The notes below the pieces were generated by a model that saw nothing but the letters and a program-made list of their open reading frames with translations, was not told where the DNA came from and ran no database searches. Of a DNA stretch of 64,000 bases, positions 18,998 to 26,628 are shown one piece after another. The stretch's first letter is position 1, and the number at the start of each line of letters is the position of its first letter. A program made the translations under genes and the position numbers. Source of the stretch: Polyangiaceae bacterium (GTDB taxonomy: Bacteria > Myxococcota_A > Polyangia > Polyangiales > Polyangiaceae); contig JBGANF010000003.1 in NCBI GenBank assembly GCA_044222475.1, positions 79,644 through 143,643 of the forward strand, in the 5' to 3' direction.

Positions 18998-20551
18998 ATG
19001 CGCTCGCTTCTCTTCCCCGTCGCGTTCTTCGCGCTCGCCGCCGGCTGCAACAGCTCCACCACCGACACGCCCGACTCGGGAACCCCCGACGCCGGCGGCG
19101 GACCGCTGTTGCTCCAACCGGGAGAGGTCGCCGAGCTCACCCTGGACGGAAGCGGCATCGCCGGAGAGCACCTCGCGACGCCGACCGGCACCGAGAAGTT
19201 CGTCGTGATCCTCGCGTCCACGAAGATGGCGATCCAAGGCACCGAAGCGGGCTACTCGATCGACGCCTCCGCTGCCCCTGATCCGAGCGCGGGGCCCAGC
19301 ACGATCGTCACCGGCTGCTCGATGACGAGCACGCCGTGGAGCTCGTCGACTCCGCCCAGCGAGACCGTCCCCACCGGCACCGCGCCGGCGATCGGCACGA
19401 CGCGCACGATCACCATCTCGACCGGCATCGTCGGCGAGCCCGCCGACCTCAAGGTCATCGCCACCGGGAAGACCGCCGTCGTCTGGGCCGACGTGACGCC
19501 GGCCCACCCCGCCGTCCTCGACGACACCTTCGTCCAGCAGTTCCTTGCCGACTTCGAGAACACGATCATGCCGCGCGAGCGCTCCGTGTTCGGCGTCGAG
19601 TCCGACCTCGACGCGGACGGCCACGTTCAGCTCGTGTTCTCGCCCCTCACGCGCAACACCGCCGTCGCGTTCTTCAGCGGCTGCGATCTCAAGGCCGACC
19701 TCGCCGGCTGCAACGTGAACAACGGCGGCGAGTTCCTCTACCTCACGCCGCCGAACGCGATCGACCCGCCGTACAACACGCCGGCGGCGATCAAGGAGAT
19801 CCTCGCTCACGAGACGAGCCACATGATCCACTTCAACCGCAAAGTGTTGCGGAACAAGACTCCGAAGTGGACCGACAGCGGCTACATGATCGAAGGCATC
19901 GGCGGATTCGCGCAGGACGTGATCGGCTATCAAGCCGGCAACCTCTACGTGGCGATGGCCGGGCTCGATGGCATGTCGCAGTTCTCGCTCGCCGATACCC
20001 TCGTCGACAACCGCGCCTACGACACCAAGCGCGACGGCGTTCTCCGCGGCGGGTCGTACCTCTTCGTCCGCTGGCTGTACGATCGCGCCGGCGGCGACAC
20101 GGCGAACCCCGACGGGACGATCACCGGTGTCGGTGGCACGACGTTCCTGCGCGCGGCGCTCGATGCTTCACCGTCCGTCGCCCAGGCGCTCCCGGACCTC
20201 ACCAAGGCCTCGGTCGCCGACATCACCACCGACTTCTACACCGCGCTCGCGATGAGCAACCGCGACGCGATGGGTGGGGTCGCACCGAAGAACGCGTGCT
20301 TCAGCTACCTGCCGACGGTGACGGATCCCGTGACGTCCAGTCAACGCGGCACCAACGTCTACGCGAAGTTCCACGGCATCCAGATGAAGGGCCCCACGGT
20401 CACCCCTCTCGCCAAGGCCGACGGCAAGATCCGCGTCGGCGGCGTCGACTACCTCCAGCTCGACGCCGTAGCCGACCAGAAGCAACTCGACTTCACCGTC
20501 ACCCTCGACCCGAACATCGCGCCGCGGGTTCGCGTCGCGCGCATCAAGTAG
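18998..20551 (+). CDS. Secreted lipoprotein zinc metallopeptidase (gluzincin-like)
   Basis: Lipobox AAGC; AHETSHMIH followed by MIEG third ligand; FGVESDLDADG. Confidence 0.75.
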   Translation: MRSLLFPVAFFALAAGCNSSTTDTPDSGTPDAGGGPLLLQPGEVAELTLDGSGIAGEHLATPTGTEKFVVILASTKMAIQGTEAGYSIDASAAPDPSAGPSTIVTGCSMTSTPWSSSTPPSETVPTGTAPAIGTTRTITISTGIVGEPADLKVIATGKTAVVWADVTPAHPAVLDDTFVQQFLADFENTIMPRERSVFGVESDLDADGHVQLVFSPLTRNTAVAFFSGCDLKADLAGCNVNNGGEFLYLTPPNAIDPPYNTPAAIKEILAHETSHMIHFNRKVLRNKTPKWTDSGYMIEGIGGFAQDVIGYQAGNLYVAMAGLDGMSQFSLADTLVDNRAYDTKRDGVLRGGSYLFVRWLYDRAGGDTANPDGTITGVGGTTFLRAALDASPSVAQALPDLTKASVADITTDFYTALAMSNRDAMGGVAPKNACFSYLPTVTDPVTSSQRGTNVYAKFHGIQMKGPTVTPLAKADGKIRVGGVDYLQLDAVADQKQLDFTVTLDPNIAPRVRVARIK

Positions 20552-20552
20552 C

Positions 20553-21626
20553 TCAGGGCTTCGGCACCACCGGCGGCGCCGGCGGGACCACTGTCGCGAT
20601 CGGCGGAGGCGTAGGGGCGCCGGCGTCCGCGCCGTCGGCGAGGAGCGCGGCGAGCTTCTTCTCGCGCGTGGCGTCGTCCATCTGCGTGAACTTCGTCGCG
20701 TCGATGGTCAGCATCGGCAGCTGGGCACTTCCGTTGAACGTCGGGAGCTTGCCGTCCCACTGCTGCATCATGCGGTACTGCAGGACGGTCGGCGAGACCG
20801 AGAGCCGGATGATCTCGTTCGCCTTCGCCTCGGCGCGCGCCTTGATGAGGACGGCGTCGGCTTCGCCCTGGGCCTTCTGTCGCGTCGCTTCGGCCTGACC
20901 GGTCGCCTGGGTGATGGCTTGCTCCGCTTCGGCCTTCACCTGGCGCACCTGGTTCTCGCTCTGGATCGCCTTCTGGGTCGCCTCCATCGCGCGGTTGATC
21001 GCGTCGGCGACGTTCTGCGGCAACCGCAGGGCTCCGTTGATCGTGAGCTGATCGATGATGATGCCGTCCTTGCCGAGAACGGTTCGAATGTTGTCGTTCA
21101 CGTCGACGAGCATCTTCGACTTGCCGGCGCCGTAGATCTCCTGGACCGGCATCTTCGAGGCGACGTCTTGGAACGCCTCGCGGATCGCGTTGCGCATGTA
21201 TCCGTTGGCCAGGACGGCGAGGTCGTTCTGGCGGAAGCGGGCGTAAAGCTTCGGCGCCTGAGCGGCGTCGATGTGGAAGGACAGGCCGATGTCGGCGTTG
21301 ACGTTCACGCCCTCGCTCGACGAGAACGTGATCGACTCGTCGACCGGCTGCCCCTCGTGGACGCTGGAGGTCCAGATGATGTTCTGCACGCTCGTGGGGA
21401 ACTGGATGATCTGCTCGGTGAGCGGGTTGTAGAACACCCAGCCCACCGCGATCTCGGCGTCTTGCACGCCGCGCGAGCTACCCGCGAGCTTCACCTTCAC
21501 GCCGACGTGACCCGCATCGATCCGCGTCGTCGTGGAGCAGCCTGCGATCCATACGACGAGGAGCACCCCGAAAGCGATGATGTACCGTCGCGCTTTTCCA
21601 ACCGCCGTGTTGATGTCGAACGCCAT
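20553..21626 (-). CDS. SPFH/prohibitin (band 7) family membrane protein
   Basis: N-terminal TM, IDAGHVGV, AEA/AQGEA coiled-coil repeats and WDGKLP. Confidence 0.9.
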   Translation of the reverse strand: MAFDINTAVGKARRYIIAFGVLLVVWIAGCSTTTRIDAGHVGVKVKLAGSSRGVQDAEIAVGWVFYNPLTEQIIQFPTSVQNIIWTSSVHEGQPVDESITFSSSEGVNVNADIGLSFHIDAAQAPKLYARFRQNDLAVLANGYMRNAIREAFQDVASKMPVQEIYGAGKSKMLVDVNDNIRTVLGKDGIIIDQLTINGALRLPQNVADAINRAMEATQKAIQSENQVRQVKAEAEQAITQATGQAEATRQKAQGEADAVLIKARAEAKANEIIRLSVSPTVLQYRMMQQWDGKLPTFNGSAQLPMLTIDATKFTQMDDATREKKLAALLADGADAGAPTPPPIATVVPPAPPVVPKP

Positions 21627-21638
21627 GCGGCGAACGTC

Positions 21639-21878
21639 TCACAAGAGACGAAGCACCGCAAACAGGGTCGAGAGCGCGAGCACGCCGAGGATCGCGGCCG
21701 CACCCCAGAACCGGCTGTCGGCGCCGTTCAGCCACGGCTGCAAGAGAAAGAGCGCAACGACCGTCACGAGCCCGAGGACGACCGCGACCCACGGCCGGCG
21801 GCGGCCGCCGCCCGACGCCGCCGCGCGGAGCCGCTCGTTCTCGGCGCGGAGGCTCTCTTTCTCGTCGCGATAGGCCAC
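21639..21878 (-). CDS. Small membrane protein with N-terminal coiled coil
   Basis: GTG start with TACGCT 7 nt upstream; AYRDEKESLRAENERL followed by two TM helices. Confidence 0.6.
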   Translation of the reverse strand: MAYRDEKESLRAENERLRAAASGGGRRRPWVAVVLGLVTVVALFLLQPWLNGADSRFWGAAAILGVLALSTLFAVLRLL

Positions 21879-21912
21879 GTCCCGGAGCGTAGCACGCGCT
21901 ATCCTGCGCTCC

Positions 21913-24600
21913 GTGTCGGAGAACCCCGATCTCATCGCGACCGAAGCGCGCGAGCTCACCGGCGACGCCAAGGCCACCGGCCCCAAGACGTTCGGCCGCA
22001 AGGAAGAGGTCCACGCGCTCGCGCGGCTCCTCGCCCACGGGAAGAGCGTCGTCCTGATCGGACCACCGGGCGTCGGCAAGACGGCGATCATCCAAAAGCT
22101 CCTCTCGTACCTCGCCGAAGGCCGGCTCCCCGAGCTCGCGAACGCGAGAGTCTACGAAGCGTCGACCGTCGTCCTGTGCTCCGACACGCGCTTCACCGGA
22201 CAGCAGGAGCAACGCATCCGCGCCGTGCTCGCGCACGCGAAGCCCTCGCGCATCCACTACGTCCCCGACGTCTGGAACCTGCCGTACGCGGGCTCGTACA
22301 GCACCAAGCCGCGCGGGATCTACGACCTGCTGCGGCCGGGGATCGAGGCGGGCAACTTGGTCCTCGTCGGCGAGTGCACGCCCGGTCGGTGGGACAAACT
22401 GTGCCAGGAGCATCCCGAGCTCGCGCGCGACTTCGTGACGCTCGTCGTGAAGGAGCCCACCGAAGAGGAGACGCGCGACCTCATGGTGCGCGCCGCGGCG
22501 AAGCTCTCGATGGCGTTCGAGCGGCAAGCGATCGACCGCGCGTACACGCTGACGAAGAAGTTCCAGCCGTCGATGAGCTTCCCCGGCAAGGGCGTCGAGC
22601 TGCTCCGACGCGCGACCGAGACGGCACGGCACGGCCCCAGCGGCACGCCGGAGCGATCCGCGCCGATCGACGCGCCGTTCATCGAGAACGTGTTCGCGAA
22701 GCAGACCGGCCTGCCGATGCACATGATCTCGCCGCAGGTCCGCATGACCTACGAAGAGATGCACGCGTTCCTCGCCGAGCGCGTCCTCGGACAAGACGAG
22801 GCCGTGGCGGCCGTCGCCGATTTGCTTGCACTCTACAAGACCGGGCTCAAGGATCCCGACCGGCCCGCCGGCGTGCTGCTGTTCGTCGGCCCGACCGGCG
22901 TCGGCAAGACGGAGCTCGCGAAGGCGACGAGCGAGTTCCTCTTCGGCTCGCGCGAGCGAATGCTCCGCGTCGACATGAGCGAGTACAAGGACTACCACTC
23001 GTTCGAGAAGCTCATCGGCGACCCGAAGCAGCAGAAGGGCGGGCTGCTCACCGACCACGTCCGAAAGCACCCGTTCTCCGTCGTCCTGCTCGACGAGTTC
23101 GAGAAGGGTCACCCCAACCTCGCCGACCTGTTCCTGCAGGTCTTCGACGACGGGCGACTCACCGACGCCACCGGCGACACCGTCGACTTCCGTCACGCGA
23201 TCCTGATCCTCACGTCGAACGTGGGCTCGAAGGTCCGCGACCTGACGAGCTCGATCGGCTTCGGAGAGAAGCGCCCCGGCGACATGCCGAAGGAGATGAA
23301 CCGCGACGTGCGTCGCGAGCTCGAAGCGGCGTACCGGCCGGAGTTCCTCAACCGGATCGATCGGATCCTCGTCTTCCACGCGCTCGCCAAGGGCGACATG
23401 CGGCGCATCGCCCAGCGCGAGCTCGGTAAGGTCTATCGCCGCGAAGGACTTCTCGAGCGCGACCTCCTCCTCGAGGTCGACGAGGGCGTGCTCGACCTCC
23501 TGCTCGATCGCGGGTTCGACCCCAAGTACGGGGCGCGCCCGCTCAAGCGCGCGATCGAGGAGCTCATCGTCCTGCCGCTCGCGCGCGCGGTGCTCTCCTC
23601 GCCCGATGCGCGCTTCCAGCTGCTGCGCATCGCGCGAAAGGGCGCTTCGATGCAGCTCACGTTCGAAGAGACCGAAGGCTCGCGCAAGCTCGCCAACCTC
23701 GAGCGACGCACCAAGGTCGACGACGGCGAAGGTCACGTGGTCCGCATGTCGCTCGCCGACGTGCGCACGCAGCTGGCGTCGATCTACGAGCGGCTCGCCG
23801 ACCTCGAGCGCGCGGCGAAGGCCCAGGAGCTTCGTCGCGAGCTCGAGGAGCTGGAGGAGAAGGCGAAGAGCCCGGCGTTCTGGGATCAGGCGTTCGGCAA
23901 GGGCGGCGAGGTCTATCGCCGCCATCGGCTCGCGGTCGAAGTGCGACGCATCGACGATCTCCGCGAGCGCGTCGATCTCGTGCACAAGCTCGTCGAGGCC
24001 AGCTTCGCCGAGGGCGAGGACGTCGTCGCCGAGGAGCTCGTCGCGAAGTTCGCTCGCCTCGAGCGGCAGCTCGTCCGCGCCGAGCGCGAGCTCGTGCTCT
24101 TCGACGAGCGCGACCGCGGCGACGCATGGATCCACGTCCACCCGACCGGCGCGAAGGACGGCGCGGCGAGCTGGGCGAAGGAGCTCGCCGCCATGTACGA
24201 GAAATGGGGCGAGGAGCGGAAGTACGAGGTCGAGATCACGCACACCGGCGGTTGCTTCGACGTCGCGGTGAAGGGCCCGTACGCGTACGGGTACCTCAAG
24301 GCAGAGACGGGCGGGCACCGCTTGATGGCGGCACCGAAGGGTGGCCGCGACAAGCGGGCCGAGACCTACCTCGCGCGCGTCGACGTGCGTCCGCTCAGCG
24401 AGATGGCCCTTCGCAAGAAGGGCGAGAAGGCCGAGCGCATCCCCAAGGACGACGAGCCGCCGATTCGCACCTACGACACGCTGTCGTCGCGCGGCGTCCG
24501 TGATCGCCGCACCGGATACTCCGAAGGCGACGTGCGCAAGGTGCTCGGAGGGAAGCTCGAAGGTTTCCTCGAGGCGGTGTTCGCTAGCCCCGAGAAGTGA
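21913..24600 (+). CDS. ClpA/ClpC-like AAA+ ATPase fused to a GGQ-less release factor 2-like domain
   Basis: Walker A GPPGVGKT and GPTGVGKTELAK; VVLLDEFEK; TSNVG...IGF; RPEFLNRID; YGARPLKR. The C-terminal ~285 aa are colinear with RF2 (PAFWD, MYEKW, GPYAYGYLKAETGGHRL, IRTY, VRDRRTG, VLGGKLEGFLEA). Confidence 0.9.
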   Translation: MSENPDLIATEARELTGDAKATGPKTFGRKEEVHALARLLAHGKSVVLIGPPGVGKTAIIQKLLSYLAEGRLPELANARVYEASTVVLCSDTRFTGQQEQRIRAVLAHAKPSRIHYVPDVWNLPYAGSYSTKPRGIYDLLRPGIEAGNLVLVGECTPGRWDKLCQEHPELARDFVTLVVKEPTEEETRDLMVRAAAKLSMAFERQAIDRAYTLTKKFQPSMSFPGKGVELLRRATETARHGPSGTPERSAPIDAPFIENVFAKQTGLPMHMISPQVRMTYEEMHAFLAERVLGQDEAVAAVADLLALYKTGLKDPDRPAGVLLFVGPTGVGKTELAKATSEFLFGSRERMLRVDMSEYKDYHSFEKLIGDPKQQKGGLLTDHVRKHPFSVVLLDEFEKGHPNLADLFLQVFDDGRLTDATGDTVDFRHAILILTSNVGSKVRDLTSSIGFGEKRPGDMPKEMNRDVRRELEAAYRPEFLNRIDRILVFHALAKGDMRRIAQRELGKVYRREGLLERDLLLEVDEGVLDLLLDRGFDPKYGARPLKRAIEELIVLPLARAVLSSPDARFQLLRIARKGASMQLTFEETEGSRKLANLERRTKVDDGEGHVVRMSLADVRTQLASIYERLADLERAAKAQELRRELEELEEKAKSPAFWDQAFGKGGEVYRRHRLAVEVRRIDDLRERVDLVHKLVEASFAEGEDVVAEELVAKFARLERQLVRAERELVLFDERDRGDAWIHVHPTGAKDGAASWAKELAAMYEKWGEERKYEVEITHTGGCFDVAVKGPYAYGYLKAETGGHRLMAAPKGGRDKRAETYLARVDVRPLSEMALRKKGEKAERIPKDDEPPIRTYDTLSSRGVRDRRTGYSEGDVRKVLGGKLEGFLEAVFASPEK

Positions 24601-25761
24601 TCACAGCTTCGAGAAGTCGATCGTGCCCATCCAGATGTCGGTCTTGTCGAACATCCCGATGATCCACGGCTTGTCCGTCTCGAGGTCGCCCGAGTACCAC
24701 GAGACGAGCGCGTGCGTCGGGTCGAGCATGACGTAGCCGGCGTACGCGGTGTCGCCGGCGCTCGGGATCTCGCCGTGCTCCTTCCACGCGAGCGCACCGG
24801 TCTCGAGGTCGCCCGTGAGCTCGTAGAGCGCCGTGCGCTTTCGGCCGGTGCCGTCGTGGAGGTGCTTGCGCGCGACGACGAAGAGGCGGCTCTTCACGAA
24901 GAACGCAAGCGGGCCGTCGAGGCGAACGCCGTCGAGCTCGCTCGGGCACGCGAACGCGTCGTACGGCGGATCGGCCAGGCACACTTTGGTACGGAGGCGA
25001 CCTTCGGTGCCGAGGTACTCGGGATCGGTTCCATCCATGCGCACGAGCGCGAACATCTTCCCGCCGGGGGTGAAGCCGAGCTCGGTCTCGAGCGGCGTGT
25101 CCTCGGCCACTCCGTACACGAGCGCGCCCTTGGTCCAATTCCGCCCGTCCTTGGACGAGAAGAGGACGACGCTCTTGTCGCCGTCCTCGTACGCCGCGTT
25201 GAAGTACGTGCCGCCGCGCTCGACGATGCGCCAATAGCTCCACGTCGCCGGGCCGATCGTCTCGAACGCGCTCCACGTCGCGCCGTCGGTCGAGTGGGTC
25301 GCGACCGCGATCGTGTCGACCCCGGTGTCGCGCGAGGAGTTCACCGGCAGACGCGTGAGCCCTTTGATCCACAGCTCTGTACCAACTTGGTAAAAGTGCG
25401 GATCGCGGAGGTCGCGGTCGATCGGCGCGGGGATCGTGGCCACGTCCTTGAAGCTCTTCCCTTCGTCGGTCGAGCGGTACACGTGGAGGCTCGAGTTCGG
25501 GCCGAGCGTCTGGCTGATCGCGGTGCGGTGTACGAGGTAGATCGCGCCCCCGAAGCGGATCATGTCGACGTTCTCGTCGTGGCGGCAGATCTGCGTGCGG
25601 CAGTCGCTCACGTTCTCGCGGTCGTGGCCGGACACGAAGACGTGCGCCTCGGTCATGAACGCCGGCAGCACCGGCTTCGGATCGTAGCCGGCGTCGACCG
25701 ACACGTCCGGCGTCGACGTGGAGCACGCCACGAGGACCGCGGCTGAGAGGAGTCGACGCAT
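24601..25761 (-). CDS. Lipoprotein with Asp-box (BNR) repeats, sialidase-like propeller
   Basis: Lipobox LVAC; STDEGKSF, STDGATW and SKDGRNW Asp boxes; DLRDP; GDTAY. Confidence 0.75.
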   Translation of the reverse strand: MRRLLSAAVLVACSTSTPDVSVDAGYDPKPVLPAFMTEAHVFVSGHDRENVSDCRTQICRHDENVDMIRFGGAIYLVHRTAISQTLGPNSSLHVYRSTDEGKSFKDVATIPAPIDRDLRDPHFYQVGTELWIKGLTRLPVNSSRDTGVDTIAVATHSTDGATWSAFETIGPATWSYWRIVERGGTYFNAAYEDGDKSVVLFSSKDGRNWTKGALVYGVAEDTPLETELGFTPGGKMFALVRMDGTDPEYLGTEGRLRTKVCLADPPYDAFACPSELDGVRLDGPLAFFVKSRLFVVARKHLHDGTGRKRTALYELTGDLETGALAWKEHGEIPSAGDTAYAGYVMLDPTHALVSWYSGDLETDKPWIIGMFDKTDIWMGTIDFSKL

Positions 25762-25789
25762 CACCCCACCGAAGATATATCGTCGCCAC

Positions 25790-26293
25790 ATGGCGGCGAA
25801 GAAGAAGACGACGAAGGCCGCGACACGCACCCCGGCGGAGCTCGTCGCGGCGTACGCGAGGGAGGCCGCACCGCTCGAGCGTCGCGGCGAGGGCGGACCC
25901 GAGCAGCTCCCGGCGGGCGCGGCGATCCTCGAGCTCGACGCGGCTGGTCGCGCGGCCGCCGCCGTGGCGGCCTACCGCGCGCTCCCGCGCGGGGGCGGAA
26001 GCTACGGCCAGCGGATCATGCTCGGCGTCCTCGTGTCGAAGCTCCTCAAGAGCAAGCTCCCCTTCGACGACGCGCAGATCGAGGCGATGGCCCTCGGCGC
26101 GGCGCACGCGTGGGGTCCCGCCTGGGGTCCCTGCGACTACGATCGCGCGCTCGTCACGATGCTCGACAAGCGCGGCCTCCCGCTGAACGGTGCGACCAAG
26201 GCCGCGCTCGCGCTGCTCGTCCGGCGCCGCGGAACGAAGTTCGCGGAGGATCGCCAGGTGGTGAGCCTCTGCGAGAGGCTCGCCGCGCGTTGA
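25790..26293 (+). CDS. Hypothetical protein
   Basis: MAAKKKTTKAA start with TATCGT 6 nt upstream; helical composition. Confidence 0.6.
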   Translation: MAAKKKTTKAATRTPAELVAAYAREAAPLERRGEGGPEQLPAGAAILELDAAGRAAAAVAAYRALPRGGGSYGQRIMLGVLVSKLLKSKLPFDDAQIEAMALGAAHAWGPAWGPCDYDRALVTMLDKRGLPLNGATKAALALLVRRRGTKFAEDRQVVSLCERLAAR

Positions 26294-26527
26294 TCAAAAC
26301 GTCGCCATGACCTTCGGGTCGTCGGTGGACTTCAGGATCGTCTCGCAGCGCGTGCACTGGTACTCGACCCACGTCGGGTAAGGCGTGGCGCCGAAGCACA
26401 GCAGCACCCACTTGATGGGCGAGAAGTGGAGCATCGGCTGCACGAGCGGGTGCTCCAGGTCGAAGCCACAGCGGCAGCGCGCGGGGTCCCGCTCCTTCGA
26501 GCCTTTCTTCTTCACGGCCTTCGCCAT
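26294..26527 (-). CDS. Small putative metal-binding protein
   Basis: CRCGF...CTRC Cys pairs in 77 aa; typical codon usage. Confidence 0.6.
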   Translation of the reverse strand: MAKAVKKKGSKERDPARCRCGFDLEHPLVQPMLHFSPIKWVLLCFGATPYPTWVEYQCTRCETILKSTDDPKVMATF

Positions 26528-26555
26528 TCGCCAATCGCCAATCGCCAATCGCCAA
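26521..26555. repeat. Heptamer tandem repeat TCGCCAT(TCGCCAA)4
   Basis: Read directly. The first unit contains the minus-strand ATG of the small gene. Confidence 0.9.
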
Positions 26556-26628
26556 ATCCAACTGACGTGCAATGTAGGCTCGCACGCCCCTTCCGTCGAG
26601 CAGCCGCCTTTGCTACCTCCATGGCACC

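Noticed and set aside
23746..24600. A separate or frameshifted prfB gene, or a prfB pseudogene
   Set aside because: It is in frame with the ATPase with no stop and has no CTT-TGA frameshift site. The GGQ domain is cleanly absent while flanking structural motifs and codon usage are preserved.
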